From the sequence record MK327931.1: DNA of 64,000 bases; one strand, written 5' to 3'. Of this stretch, positions 28,331 to 39,093 are shown one piece after another. This stretch comes from Escherichia phage vB_EcoM_G17. The notes beneath the pieces were generated by a model. That model had not been told where the DNA came from, did no database searches, and was given only the letters and a program-made list of their open reading frames with translations. Numbering within the stretch: position 1 is the stretch's first letter; the number at the start of each line of letters is the position of its first letter. Made by a program: the position numbers and the translations under genes.

Positions 28331-28860
28331 AACTTCTCCTTTATAGCTGTCATATTTAGAAGAAATTCAGTAAGCAATTCCTCCGTAACATGCTCTGTAT
28401 ACCAGAATATCACAATATCTTTTGAAAGTCGTGTATTCATAAAAATATCTACTAACTCTTTGTAGAACTCTAGTGTTTCGAGATTTGTGAGAATTAACGA
28501 GTACTGAAAGAGTAATTCTTCCGTTAGATTAAATTCTGGATAAAGTAAATCATTGAACTCATGTGATGCAGTTTGAACTTTAATTTCTTTGAAGTTATTG
28601 GTTATACAACCGGAATAAATATTTCGGTGCAACTCTCTGTACAACGCAGCATAATCTATGAATTTTGCTTTAGGGTTAAAATCAAGAACACTTTCACCTT
28701 TATATGACAATCGGTGGAACGCCGAGAACATAGTCACTTCCCACGGTTGCTTAATATCTAGCTCAGTAATATCAATATTATTGGACAGAAGAACCGTAAA
28801 AATCTCACCAATCTTTAATAGTAACTTAGTACGTGCCAGTGCTACCATCGGGTCAGTCAT
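28324..28860 (-). CDS. FQxS-family paralogue
   Basis: 178 aa; 'EELLFQYSLIL'. Confidence 0.55.
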   Translation of the reverse strand: MTDPMVALARTKLLLKIGEIFTVLLSNNIDITELDIKQPWEVTMFSAFHRLSYKGESVLDFNPKAKFIDYAALYRELHRNIYSGCITNNFKEIKVQTASHEFNDLLYPEFNLTEELLFQYSLILTNLETLEFYKELVDIFMNTRLSKDIVIFWYTEHVTEELLTEFLLNMTAIKEKLC

Positions 28861-29273
28861 TATACACCTTCATATTCATCAAGAAAATCTTCGATAATCA
28901 TTTCAGCTTCATCCATATGCATAGCATCAACTTCAATGATGCGAACTTTAGATGCATCCCAAATCATAAAGCTAGGAACATTATCAGGCTCGTAGTCATT
29001 TTTGTACTGAACAGCATCATAACCTTGAGCAGTGCAATTCTCAATAAGTGAACGCCACTCATCATCACTGCCTAAATCTTCACACAGAAGCACGTTATCA
29101 ACATCAACTTCTAAGGTATGCAAGTATACTGTACATGCGTCTACTACGTTCAGTGGGCTTCTCAGCTTGCGTAATGCAGCTTCCAAAGCACTGTGTTTAC
29201 CTCCCATATGAAGACCACCATACGGGATATAAAAGTTATCAATTTTTACAGTACTCGCATGATACAGTTTCAT
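28860..29273 (-). CDS. hypothetical protein (137 aa), not a family member
   Basis: Minus-strand ORF starting 'MKLYHAST'; lacks the FQxS motif. Confidence 0.5.
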   Translation of the reverse strand: MKLYHASTVKIDNFYIPYGGLHMGGKHSALEAALRKLRSPLNVVDACTVYLHTLEVDVDNVLLCEDLGSDDEWRSLIENCTAQGYDAVQYKNDYEPDNVPSFMIWDASKVRIIEVDAMHMDEAEMIIEDFLDEYEGV

Positions 29274-29282
29274 ATTTCATTC

Positions 29283-29867
29283 CTATTTCAGTACTTTAGT
29301 CAATGCTTTCACAGCGGTTTCGAGTTGAGCATAGTCGTTAATTGTAAGGTAATGAATACCATGTGCCTTCATTTCAGCATCTATTTTACTATATAAATCA
29401 AACATGTCAAGGATATGATTGTATGCATATGAAGTATTTGAAACACACAATTCTTGGAACAAACGTTCTTCCAAGTCATTCACAACTTCTCCATGAATGT
29501 CAAGTACTACACCATCTTTGTAAGTGTAGTACTCTTCACTCCACTCTTCAGAAAGTCGGAACAGTAACGGATTCCCGCCGAACACTTCCATGTCATAGGA
29601 ATTTATCTCACTAAGTAGTGTTTCACCTGGTTCTGGTGTGAAGTCAAAATATGCGAGTGTTGTACCATCATAGTCCTTGAGTGATATACCAGTATGATTT
29701 AAGGTTACTTCACCATAATTATTATTCTTGAACTTGATTTTGATATTAATCTCAATGTATTTTATTGTCTCATCATCACTGAAATTGTAATCAACTTTAT
29801 ACTTTTTCCAAAGAAGTTTGATATCTTTGAAGTACTTTAATTTACTTTCAATTTCTTTAAAGTCCAT
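29283..29867 (-). CDS. hypothetical protein, possible FQxS-family member
   Basis: 194 aa; 'EERLFQELCVS'. Confidence 0.5.
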   Translation of the reverse strand: MDFKEIESKLKYFKDIKLLWKKYKVDYNFSDDETIKYIEINIKIKFKNNNYGEVTLNHTGISLKDYDGTTLAYFDFTPEPGETLLSEINSYDMEVFGGNPLLFRLSEEWSEEYYTYKDGVVLDIHGEVVNDLEERLFQELCVSNTSYAYNHILDMFDLYSKIDAEMKAHGIHYLTINDYAQLETAVKALTKVLK

Positions 29868-30459
29868 CTGGAACCACCATTTCTTGAATGTGCTTACATT
29901 TTATATTTGCCATATTGGTATGTAATATAATGCTGTGTTTACGCAATGATTTTACTTTGTAGCACTCATTGAGTACTGAAATAATTCCCCATAACTCTTC
30001 TACACTAATAGTGATAGGTTCACTTGTACTCAGTTGCATCAGTGCTGCTTGAACATCATCTTTGTTATTAATAGTGAACTGGATTCCTCTTTTGAGAATT
30101 TTAGTTTTTGGATTGTACTCAGCTAATACATCACCTTCTGGATAACCCTCATGAAGTAATAATGTTGTTTCAAAATCACCGCAGTTGAAGTTAATTTCAT
30201 CATAATCAGGTACACAAATGTTCCCTTCCCCGTACTCATTAGGTTCAGATTCTAGTGTTAAAATACGCTGAGTCTCATTGCTCAGGATGATAGAATCATT
30301 CCAGTACTGGGTAGTGAATGCTCTACGTTTCTTTTGAAAGCACATACTCGACATTGAACCATACTTCTTGTATATGGACTTCTTGAACTCAATAGCAGCA
30401 GGAGCCACCTTGATAACTTCACGAATTAAGTCAATAGCTTCTTGATAACTTTTTCTCAT
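29857..30459 (-). CDS. hypothetical protein (200 aa)
   Basis: Minus-strand ORF in the array; motif not evident. Confidence 0.5.
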   Translation of the reverse strand: MRKSYQEAIDLIREVIKVAPAAIEFKKSIYKKYGSMSSMCFQKKRRAFTTQYWNDSIILSNETQRILTLESEPNEYGEGNICVPDYDEINFNCGDFETTLLLHEGYPEGDVLAEYNPKTKILKRGIQFTINNKDDVQAALMQLSTSEPITISVEELWGIISVLNECYKVKSLRKHSIILHTNMANIKCKHIQEMVVPDGL

Positions 30460-31007
30460 TTATCGTATCCATATAAAATATGATCTAGTGTACTTTGTAC
30501 TTCTTCATGAAAGAATGAAGGGTAAACTTGTATCAATTTATCTTTAAGTTCAAGGGAATGGCATAGTTCTAATGTTTTGTAACAATCCTCGTACTGTGCC
30601 AGATCATGTAATGTACTTAACTGAAAATGTTGTTCTTCGGAGTACAATAAATCATAAACCATATTATCGGATAAAAGATTAGATTTGATTGAAGGATCAA
30701 GTACTGTCTGGTGGTGACCAACCCAAAAGATAGCTTTTGAGTTAATGTTATTACAACCCCATCCTTTCCCCATCTTTTGGTGAATAGCAAATACACAGGA
30801 ATCATACAAATTAATGCTCAGACGTTCTTCGTCTGCATGGATAGTTACACCATCAATAGATAGTGTATATTTGAAATCCATAGCCCCCTCACTTCGTGCA
30901 CGAGAACTAAAGACCAGATATCGATGAATTATGGTATTGATTTTATCTGTCCATCCATCAACACATTTGGATGCACATAATGTAAAAAGATCATGATTGT
31001 AGTTCAT
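30456..31007 (-). CDS. FQxS-family paralogue
   Basis: 183 aa; 'EEQHFQLSTLH'. Confidence 0.55.
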   Translation of the reverse strand: MNYNHDLFTLCASKCVDGWTDKINTIIHRYLVFSSRARSEGAMDFKYTLSIDGVTIHADEERLSINLYDSCVFAIHQKMGKGWGCNNINSKAIFWVGHHQTVLDPSIKSNLLSDNMVYDLLYSEEQHFQLSTLHDLAQYEDCYKTLELCHSLELKDKLIQVYPSFFHEEVQSTLDHILYGYDK

Positions 31008-31068
31008 AAAATTCTCCTTTAGGACAATGTATCATACAAAAATACCAGAGTCAACCCCTGGTACGAAT

Positions 31069-31650
31069 TTAATCCATCATAAGTGGGATAATTGCCCATA
31101 TCTTTTTCATAATCATATCTTCAGTAAAAACAAATGTTTTAGGAGCAGTATATGATATTGACACACCAAATGGAAGTTTGATTGCATCATCAATTATATT
31201 ATGAATATCAAACCATGTTTTAACATAATCATACGGTGGAAGTTCATGAATTGTACTTAACTGAAAGTAATTCTCTTCACCAAAATCACTATATTCAATT
31301 TCACAAATTTTAGTGAATTGATGATTCCATTTAGATATAATACTATTTTTATTATTGTACATAGTAGTTCTATGCATAAAACCATTTTTGCTAGTATGAT
31401 TTGATATTACGTTTTCTTCAATGTCAGTATCTATTTTAAAATTCATATCAAAGTTGTAGTACGGACTTGACGATTCTTTGAATTTTAAATGTAAATTGCG
31501 ATTGTTATTAATTTCAATTTCAATACAAAACACATCTGAATCAAAACGATTAAACTTGTAATCGTTATCTTCCGGTAGATTCTGTATTTTTTTCATAATA
31601 CTAAGCATAGGGTGTACTACACTTTTAATAAAATCATTTGTTATTTTCAT
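31069..31650 (-). CDS. FQxS-family paralogue
   Basis: 193 aa; 'EENYFQLSTIH'. Confidence 0.55.
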   Translation of the reverse strand: MKITNDFIKSVVHPMLSIMKKIQNLPEDNDYKFNRFDSDVFCIEIEINNNRNLHLKFKESSSPYYNFDMNFKIDTDIEENVISNHTSKNGFMHRTTMYNNKNSIISKWNHQFTKICEIEYSDFGEENYFQLSTIHELPPYDYVKTWFDIHNIIDDAIKLPFGVSISYTAPKTFVFTEDMIMKKIWAIIPLMMD

Positions 31651-32143
31651 AGTATTCCTTTAGAACTTTATATGATTCAACAATACTATCTTGTGTATAA
31701 TTTGAACTATATACAACAGCACTTGTTTTAGTTGACCATAGATATGACATAAAGGTTATAACACTACTACATGGACTTAATGTATTGTTTTGAAATTCAA
31801 TTTCTTCAATGTTATCAGTACTGGTATAGATGAATTGGAAAGTACCCATTGATTTATTGGACAGCGATACTATAGTAGAATCCGTACCAGGACTATACAT
31901 GAATGTCTCATTACTAATTGAACTATCATTAGTATATGATGGTTTGGGAATATAAATCAAACGCATGATATCGCGTTCAAGACCTGACTTATTACTTTCC
32001 ACCAAAGAAATCATATCTATATTTGATATATGTTCAACACTGACATGGAACTTTTTGTCGAGAATCACATCTCCATGAGAATTTTTATATGAAGACAAAA
32101 TCTCATACATCTCAACTAATTCGCGTGCATTTAATAAACTCAT
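31634..32143 (-). CDS. hypothetical protein, possible FQxS-family member
   Basis: 169 aa; 'EEIEFQNNTLS'. Confidence 0.45.
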   Translation of the reverse strand: MSLLNARELVEMYEILSSYKNSHGDVILDKKFHVSVEHISNIDMISLVESNKSGLERDIMRLIYIPKPSYTNDSSISNETFMYSPGTDSTIVSLSNKSMGTFQFIYTSTDNIEEIEFQNNTLSPCSSVITFMSYLWSTKTSAVVYSSNYTQDSIVESYKVLKEYYENNK

Positions 32144-32568
32144 GTTTTGTCTCTTAATGAAAGAATATCCTTAGTATAAACTGAAACAGAAATATGATTA
32201 TATTTCATCATTAATTTATACACATAAGAAGCTAGTACTAAATCGTAAATTAATTTAGTATTATACAGTACTTGGTATTGTAACGCAAGTGAATCAATAT
32301 CATCTTTACTTTCAATATCCAGAAATGTACCGAAAAATGTAGTACCGTAGAGATGAAAAGTGGAATTAATGCAATCAATGCATTCATTGTCCAATAGAGT
32401 AGATGCTGATGCCCTCGGTGAATCCCAAATAGTCACTGCGTGTATGCCCTCAACGAACAAATCTATCCATATTTTGTGTCGTTGTCTTTTTTTTGTTTTA
32501 TAATTTTCTGGATTTGAAAGTGTAGTTTCAATTATATCCCATATGTACAAACAATCATCTCTTGTCAT
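32140..32568 (-). CDS. hypothetical protein (142 aa)
   Basis: Minus-strand ORF in the array; motif weak ('LALQYQVLY'). Confidence 0.45.
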   Translation of the reverse strand: MTRDDCLYIWDIIETTLSNPENYKTKKRQRHKIWIDLFVEGIHAVTIWDSPRASASTLLDNECIDCINSTFHLYGTTFFGTFLDIESKDDIDSLALQYQVLYNTKLIYDLVLASYVYKLMMKYNHISVSVYTKDILSLRDKT

Positions 32569-33146
32569 TATATAACCTTATCCATTGCTGCATTTAATGC
32601 TTTTAAACGATCTACATTCAAATTATTGAAGATGTACGTTCCTAACATGTGGAAATCGAACTGGTTCTTTTTGTATTCATGATAAATTAAACTACAAAAA
32701 ATAATAGTACTAAGAACCTCTTCAGGTATAACAGTGCTCATCTGGAACAGTTCTTCTTCAACTGTACTTGAATCTGGATTGATAGATTTTAACACATACT
32801 CTTCATCACCGAATAGTACTTTAATATTATATAAAACACCAACAGTACTAATATGGAATGGGTGGTGTGAAAAACTTCCATCATCCTTAATTTGTATATC
32901 GGTTCTAATCTCACACTCTTCATTACTTTTACTTTTATTTTTTACAATACAAATATTTCTGGCCCCAGAAATAGTAAGAATACCGTGGTCGTAATATTCA
33001 TTTGACCAACATTTGGATGAAATTGATACATCACGGATGAGATATTGTTTTTCAATTTCTTTCGCACTACCAACAATTGATAGCATTTTTTTACTGATAT
33101 CATATAATAACTGATGGCGTTCTGTCATATAACTATAAGCGTTCAT
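32568..33146 (-). CDS. FQxS-family paralogue
   Basis: 192 aa; 'EEELFQMSTVI'. Confidence 0.55.
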   Translation of the reverse strand: MNAYSYMTERHQLLYDISKKMLSIVGSAKEIEKQYLIRDVSISSKCWSNEYYDHGILTISGARNICIVKNKSKSNEECEIRTDIQIKDDGSFSHHPFHISTVGVLYNIKVLFGDEEYVLKSINPDSSTVEEELFQMSTVIPEEVLSTIIFCSLIYHEYKKNQFDFHMLGTYIFNNLNVDRLKALNAAMDKVI

Positions 33147-33717
33147 ATTTTTCCTTAACAGATTCTATATTTTGAAGTAGTGTATTCAGAACATCAGTCT
33201 TGCAATTGATAAAATCATTGTACATAACTAGTTCACCACAATCAAGAATTTTTGCAGTATCGTAACAAAGCATTAAGTACTCGAATTCTTTGTAATTGTC
33301 CAACAAGGATTTCTGGAAAATGAATGCATCTCGAATATCTTCACTTTGGTCTAATTCTGGTGGAACATCCAACCCAATAAATCCATCATCTTCACTGAAA
33401 TTAGATTCTACAATTTTATTCATTTTTTCATGTAATGCATTCGCAAATACCATATTAGAAGAAATAGAACCAATACGTTCACGATTTCTGGATGTGCGAA
33501 TGTACATAGTAATCGTATCCCATGAACTTTTAATTTTTTTAGAAAATTCATAAGTTTTATATACATCCAACTGAACTGATCCAAAACGATGTTTGGATTT
33601 GTTTTCAATTTTCAGTCGATAATCATCAAATTCAACAATTTCTGTAATGTCATGAATCTCTGAAAGTTCTGCAATGTCATGCATGAGTCTCAAAATTTTA
33701 GTTCTGATATGGTTCAT
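33133..33717 (-). CDS. FQxS-family paralogue
   Basis: 194 aa; 'DAFIFQKSLLD'. Confidence 0.55.
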   Translation of the reverse strand: MNHIRTKILRLMHDIAELSEIHDITEIVEFDDYRLKIENKSKHRFGSVQLDVYKTYEFSKKIKSSWDTITMYIRTSRNRERIGSISSNMVFANALHEKMNKIVESNFSEDDGFIGLDVPPELDQSEDIRDAFIFQKSLLDNYKEFEYLMLCYDTAKILDCGELVMYNDFINCKTDVLNTLLQNIESVKEKYERL

Positions 33718-34292
33718 TGTGCATCCTCGAATTTAACAGGTACATGTTCATTAATGAAATTCTTAAGAGCCTGTACTAAATCCTCTAATTCTTTTGTACT
33801 GTATTTTAAAATAGTTTTAAAGTGAATCAAATCTTTTCTTTCCATGATCTTTGGAATTTTATATGCTAACTCTAAACAGCGTACAGTACTGGCATCATAC
33901 AAAAGGTTTGCGTTGAACATTAGAACATTGTATTCATCAGATGAAATTTTATAATTATATGTATCAATCACTTCATGTGTGTATAAATTCTTATACACAA
34001 TTTTATTCTCACTGAAGTTTGAGCAAACACACAGATGATCGTTGTAAAATGAAGAACGATAATCTTGTTTACGTTGTACATCTGCTATGATTTGTAATAC
34101 TGTATATTTTTCTTCAGAATCCAACTCAATGTTTGCATAACTGCTCGCAGTTTCAGATACAAGGATATTGATGTTATATTTCTCATTAACTTTAATGTAC
34201 TGGCGTGAGCCAGTATCAGGAATGAACTTAAAACAATGCTTCAGAAGTAATGTGACTTCTTTAATTAATTCAGTACTCATAGATTCCTCCAA
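33714..34292 (-). CDS. hypothetical protein, possible FQxS-family member
   Basis: 192 aa; 'YNVLMFNANLLYD'. Confidence 0.45.
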   Translation of the reverse strand: MEESMSTELIKEVTLLLKHCFKFIPDTGSRQYIKVNEKYNINILVSETASSYANIELDSEEKYTVLQIIADVQRKQDYRSSFYNDHLCVCSNFSENKIVYKNLYTHEVIDTYNYKISSDEYNVLMFNANLLYDASTVRCLELAYKIPKIMERKDLIHFKTILKYSTKELEDLVQALKNFINEHVPVKFEDAQ

Positions 34293-34344
34293 CTCTAGTT
34301 AAAATCAAGTATAACACACCTGAATGCTCTTGTAAAGCCATAAA

Positions 34345-34367
34345 CACAAAAAGACCCATACGGGTCT
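34345..34367 (-). terminator. rho-independent terminator immediately after the stop of gene 34368..34934
   Basis: Stem AGACCC / GGGTCT (34352-34357 / 34362-34367), 4-nt loop; U-rich run on both strands (possibly bidirectional). Confidence 0.55.
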
Positions 34368-34934
34368 TTATTTTGGTAAAACACTGTCGATGTACGCTAG
34401 AACCTCATCTCGAAGGTACGTTCCATCTATAGTTAGGTAATAGTTCATGGGAATATCACTCCCAACCTTCTCATAAATTTTCATACATGATATCACATCT
34501 TCATCACAAATGGTACTCAATTGAAAAATAACTTCATCGGTTAACGGTACGATATCATGTTTAGATAGGGGATTTGTATTTTCATTCAACACAATATTAA
34601 TCAAGTTAGGAGTATTCTTTGACGAAATATAACGATGCTTACTACGAATTACCATTCTCGATAGTGAAATACTGGAACTCCATCTTGGATCAACATCTTC
34701 ATATGATAACGATATTAACATCTCGTGAAAATCTTGAAATTTCATTGACGCATAATATGTTTTATCCTCACCGTACATACCAAATGATTTAAATTCAATA
34801 TCCCCCACTTTGTATGTATCGACATCATTATTTGAGAACTTTATTAAACTATTAATTAGTCTAATTAGAATATCATCTTTATCCATTCTTAAATAACTCC
34901 AAGTGCATGTCGTATAAATCTCTGAAGTCTTCAT
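34368..34934 (-). CDS. FQxS-family paralogue
   Basis: 188 aa; 'DEVIFQLSTIC'. Confidence 0.55.
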   Translation of the reverse strand: MKTSEIYTTCTWSYLRMDKDDILIRLINSLIKFSNNDVDTYKVGDIEFKSFGMYGEDKTYYASMKFQDFHEMLISLSYEDVDPRWSSSISLSRMVIRSKHRYISSKNTPNLINIVLNENTNPLSKHDIVPLTDEVIFQLSTICDEDVISCMKIYEKVGSDIPMNYYLTIDGTYLRDEVLAYIDSVLPK

Positions 34935-35442
34935 AGAAATCTTTTTCTTCGAGAATATTCTTTAAACTGGGAATCTCTTCCATAATTTCATCTATATCTG
35001 ATTCTATGAAAAATCCTGATGGATTATCGTAGTTTTGTAACAGATAACTGAAAGTAATAATGTAAAGAAGTTCATTAGGATTGTGAATTAAACTTAGCTG
35101 GAACATAGCTGATTCTAAATCTGATTCAGTACTAAGATCAACCCAACGTGAATTTCTATAATCAATTCGTACTTGACTTGTATTTGGATTCCATGTGAAG
35201 CAATGTGTACCAATATGACCTATACAACCAACCCTTGTACTGTCTCCGGTATCAACACTGATATCAACAAATAGTTCAATACCGATATCGGTTGATGTTA
35301 CACGACCTTTTTTCAGAAATAAATCATTATCCTTACGAAATTGTTTGGATGAAAGAGTGTCAATGATGCACATCAATGTTTTTGCAAATGCAACACAATG
35401 ACGAAATTCAAGCCTATGAAATTGGTAATCATTGATATTCAT
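34879..35442 (-). CDS. FQxS-family paralogue
   Basis: 187 aa; 'ESAMFQLSLIH'. Confidence 0.55.
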   Translation of the reverse strand: MNINDYQFHRLEFRHCVAFAKTLMCIIDTLSSKQFRKDNDLFLKKGRVTSTDIGIELFVDISVDTGDSTRVGCIGHIGTHCFTWNPNTSQVRIDYRNSRWVDLSTESDLESAMFQLSLIHNPNELLYIITFSYLLQNYDNPSGFFIESDIDEIMEEIPSLKNILEEKDFYEDFRDLYDMHLELFKNG

Positions 35443-35981
35443 AATTCAACCCTCAATATTTTATCAGCAATAGATATAACCTTATCATTGAATACATTAC
35501 CAATCTCAATCCTTATATACATAGCAGGTGGAATCTTTCCTTGTAGTGAATAATATGTTTGTATACCTAAGTACTCATTATCTGATAATGAAAATTTGAT
35601 TCTCTCCATATCAATGTCTGTTACTGGTAAATCTATCATTTCATAATGGTAGTCAACGTTTTCATTGTATATTTTATCGAAGTAATTTGAATAATCACTA
35701 CTAATGTAGATGCTATCATCACGAATAATTACTTTATAATCAGAAGGTTCAAATTTATCTTTACAGGAAAAGAATGCATCATCTATTTTCTCTTCTCTTA
35801 TGCCAAATAACATTCTACCATCATATTTTACATCAAGAATACTACCTAGTATATTAATGGTACAATGCTCATCAATATTATGATGTAATGAACGTTTTTT
35901 GTATTTTGGGTTAATGAAAATTTTCATTAATTTTATACAAATTTCAGTAATGCATTTTACATTCTCATTTTCTATGTACAT
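35439..35981 (-). CDS. hypothetical protein (180 aa)
   Basis: Minus-strand ORF in the array; motif weak. Confidence 0.45.
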   Translation of the reverse strand: MYIENENVKCITEICIKLMKIFINPKYKKRSLHHNIDEHCTINILGSILDVKYDGRMLFGIREEKIDDAFFSCKDKFEPSDYKVIIRDDSIYISSDYSNYFDKIYNENVDYHYEMIDLPVTDIDMERIKFSLSDNEYLGIQTYYSLQGKIPPAMYIRIEIGNVFNDKVISIADKILRVEL

Positions 35982-36468
35982 TAAAAGCCCTCTTTAATTC
36001 TTTTACATTTTTAATGAATACTTTCATTGCAGAAATCTCAAAAGATAATGTATTAAATTTGCAGTACTTTTTAAAGTACGACATAATATATAACATTTTG
36101 AGTTCTTTTTCTGTATAAATTAAACTGTTTTGAAAGTAACTTTCTTCGGAAATGTCCGTAAGAAAAGAATAAAATGTATTTTGCTTGTGCACAATTTTAA
36201 TACTATCAGACCAAGATTTGTATGAAACGTAATCAGTACGTGCAAAATCATATAGTGAATTAGATGTATCTGTGTATGTTTCCGAGAACACAATCTTATA
36301 TATCTTATCTTGAATTCGAGAACATATGTACCTATGGTCATCTGTCTCACTGATTGCAATGTATCTATGGAGTAAATCTTTATGAGCATTGATGAACTCA
36401 AACACTTCTAAACACTCCCTAGCGAACTTCATAGTTTCTCTGTACTTTCGGTTCATTAGTCTCTCCAA
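35965..36468 (-). CDS. FQxS-family paralogue
   Basis: 167 aa; 'EESYFQNSLIY'. Confidence 0.55.
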   Translation of the reverse strand: MERLMNRKYRETMKFARECLEVFEFINAHKDLLHRYIAISETDDHRYICSRIQDKIYKIVFSETYTDTSNSLYDFARTDYVSYKSWSDSIKIVHKQNTFYSFLTDISEESYFQNSLIYTEKELKMLYIMSYFKKYCKFNTLSFEISAMKVFIKNVKELKRAFNVHRK

Positions 36469-36869
36469 ACTTTACCAGGGAAGTGTTTCTCGTAGTACTC
36501 ATCATCACTTAACATATAATCAGGAGTTTCTACTTCTATGGTTTTGAAGATTGTTTCTGGAATGTGTGTGACTTTATTGGGTTGTACTTTATGTTCGCGT
36601 AAAACCTTCTGTATCGCTCCTAGACGTTGTAAATCGATACATGTAGGAAAGACTAAGCTGTACTGAAATAACTCATCAGGGGTCATTATAGACACATCTT
36701 TAGCTTGTTTGATTTGATAATTAGTACTAATGAATATATCAAATCCTTGTACAGCATTATAGCTTACATAGGTTGTTTTATTTTTGTCAATAGGAGCACT
36801 TAAACGATATCCATATATCCCGTGTTGGTCAACAACACAACGTTGCATAATTTTAATCATTTCTAACAT
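36456..36869 (-). CDS. FQxS-family paralogue
   Basis: 137 aa; 'PDELFQYSLVF'. Confidence 0.55.
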   Translation of the reverse strand: MLEMIKIMQRCVVDQHGIYGYRLSAPIDKNKTTYVSYNAVQGFDIFISTNYQIKQAKDVSIMTPDELFQYSLVFPTCIDLQRLGAIQKVLREHKVQPNKVTHIPETIFKTIEVETPDYMLSDDEYYEKHFPGKVWRD

Positions 36870-37215
36870 AATTTACCTCATATGTATTGTAACACCACGG
36901 TTTAACAATATCGATTTGTATATCATTTGCTTCATGAAAATGTTTAAGTACCTTCTGGTATTCCATTATTTCGTACACATCTTCAGTACTGATAGTGCTC
37001 TGCTGAAACAATTCCTCTTCTGATAAAGTACTATAATCAGGGATTTTTATTTCTGAATATATATCATTTATCTTTCCATTATATTGATAAATCTGGATAT
37101 AAAATTGATTGTATTCTGGAATATAGGTCACATAATGGTTGTGGTTGATTACATATCTTGAAACAAAGTATTCAGTACCATCAGTCATGTACTGAATTGT
37201 TGTCGTATTTTTCAT
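36853..37215 (-). CDS. FQxS-family paralogue
   Basis: 120 aa; 'LSEEELFQQSTIS'. Confidence 0.55.
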   Translation of the reverse strand: MKNTTTIQYMTDGTEYFVSRYVINHNHYVTYIPEYNQFYIQIYQYNGKINDIYSEIKIPDYSTLSEEELFQQSTISTEDVYEIMEYQKVLKHFHEANDIQIDIVKPWCYNTYEVNYVRND

Positions 37216-37675
37216 TCAAATAATCCACGCATTTATAGTATACTACTAAATCTAAAAAGAATCGTTGTTTGTATTTGTAATGATGAAGTAGTGCACCATA
37301 AAATAACATAGCATTAAGTACTTTTACATCATGAATACAAGAACCCTGAAAGTACATTTCCTCTGACATGAACACTAAATCATCATACTTAACAAATACT
37401 GCTTCTCTATAATTGTCAATATTAATCTTCAAATCAGACCCAGGGCAATATGAAATGTATCCGGCTTTGTAATGAAAGTCATTGTCATCAAAGTACTCGG
37501 CATAGATTTGATTACCTCTTTCATTAGTAAACGCAAGTCTTCCTTTGGATGAACTAAACTCATCGTATTCGAACATACCACCAAATGGGTCAGGACTTCT
37601 GAACTCCTTTGCAATGCGATAGATATTTTCTGCAAATTCTAAAACACCATCGTAATCATATTCTGTAGTAATCAT
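37181..37675 (-). CDS. FQxS-family paralogue
   Basis: 164 aa; 'EEMYFQGSCIH'. Confidence 0.55.
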   Translation of the reverse strand: MITTEYDYDGVLEFAENIYRIAKEFRSPDPFGGMFEYDEFSSSKGRLAFTNERGNQIYAEYFDDNDFHYKAGYISYCPGSDLKINIDNYREAVFVKYDDLVFMSEEMYFQGSCIHDVKVLNAMLFYGALLHHYKYKQRFFLDLVVYYKCVDYLNEKYDNNSVHD

Positions 37676-38148
37676 AAACCATTTTTCTCCAGGTACTCAA
37701 TAATACAATCGAGATTGTTCAGGTCCAAGTAGAAATGATCACTATCTGAATTTAGTTCATTTTTAAGGGCAGTGTAAATCACTGAACTGAAAACAATCCT
37801 CTCTGGATACACAGTACTGTACTGGAAGAACTCTTCTTCAGTGTTAATTTCAGCCGTATCAAATCCTTCATTTATAAGATGATGATTGTAGTATTTGAAA
37901 TTATCTGAACTTGGGAAATGGTATGAAATAAAATCACCACTTGGTACTTCATCAAGCACTCTAATACTACAAGTTGATTCATCTGAACTATAGAGTAACC
38001 CATCCATAAAGGAAAGGTATCCATTTCGTTTTTTGACTGTATGTTTGCCTACGGAAAAATCTTCAGTAACATTTGTAAGGAATTTATAAACCCTGATAAT
38101 GTCTTTTGCTATTTTTTGTGCATTGCTAAATGATAGGTCTTTGGACAT
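37672..38148 (-). CDS. FQxS-family paralogue
   Basis: 158 aa; 'EEEFFQYSTVY'. Confidence 0.55.
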   Translation of the reverse strand: MSKDLSFSNAQKIAKDIIRVYKFLTNVTEDFSVGKHTVKKRNGYLSFMDGLLYSSDESTCSIRVLDEVPSGDFISYHFPSSDNFKYYNHHLINEGFDTAEINTEEEFFQYSTVYPERIVFSSVIYTALKNELNSDSDHFYLDLNNLDCIIEYLEKNGL

Positions 38149-38207
38149 TGTGATATAACCCTTTACAATTAATATAAAGAGATTATATCACAAAGAATCG
38201 GAGGGTG

Positions 38208-38792
38208 TCAAGATGGGTTGCGAAGTTCTACCATTTCTTTCCAAACTAATTGGTAATCTTCTAAGTCCAGATAGAAGTCTTCATTCCAGTGCTCATGAAA
38301 GTACTTATACATGAATAGAACTCCTAAATCGTATGCAGGAAACAATAATGATAGTTGAAAGTAGTATTCCTGATTTAAAACTATATCAATAAACTCTAAT
38401 GTACGTATGCCACCTTTCGATGAACGTATCTCAATGTGTGAGGTATCCTTCATACTGTAACACATGAAACCACCTCTAAATTCTGGATCATATTCACATT
38501 CGAACTGCTCACTGTTGTTATAGAAATCTCTCCCACTTTCTTGATCTTTCGGTCTACGTACTGATACATGAATATTTTTATCACGGTACATTGAACGATT
38601 TAGTATTTTCAAACATTTGAACTTATCTTCTTTAATGAACTTGATAATATCAATTATATCTTGTGCTGTACTGATAGCTGATTCGAATGTATCCAACTTA
38701 AGATGATTATATTGGGTTCCAGAGTTCATTTTTTTATCTAACATATAAACCTCATAATTCATACATTTTTGATTTGAACTGCATATGACCAC
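38208..38792 (-). CDS. FQxS-family paralogue
   Basis: 194 aa; 'QEYYFQLSLLF'. Confidence 0.55.
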   Translation of the reverse strand: MVICSSNQKCMNYEVYMLDKKMNSGTQYNHLKLDTFESAISTAQDIIDIIKFIKEDKFKCLKILNRSMYRDKNIHVSVRRPKDQESGRDFYNNSEQFECEYDPEFRGGFMCYSMKDTSHIEIRSSKGGIRTLEFIDIVLNQEYYFQLSLLFPAYDLGVLFMYKYFHEHWNEDFYLDLEDYQLVWKEMVELRNPS

Positions 38793-39093
38793 CTATTTCA
38801 CATGGATAACAATTCATAATTTTGTTCAATAGAATCTGGTATTTTTTAATAACTTCTATATCAATTTTTATATTACTATTAAAAACTAATGATTCTTGAA
38901 ATAATTCCCCCTCGTCAAGTGAAGTAAAATCATTTATCTTCAAGGGTATATTGTTGCATCGCAAGGAGAATGTATTTTCATCACGAATTAAAGTATAGAA
39001 ATCATTATGTTTTTTATTATAATCAAATTTAACAAGTAGTAGTTTAATATGAGTAGCGTACATTACTTTAACTAATTCAGATTCACGTCGCAT
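38752..39093 (-). CDS. FQxS-family paralogue
   Basis: 113 aa; 'EGELFQESLVF'. Confidence 0.55.
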   Translation of the reverse strand: MRRESELVKVMYATHIKLLLVKFDYNKKHNDFYTLIRDENTFSLRCNNIPLKINDFTSLDEGELFQESLVFNSNIKIDIEVIKKYQILLNKIMNCYPCEIGGHMQFKSKMYEL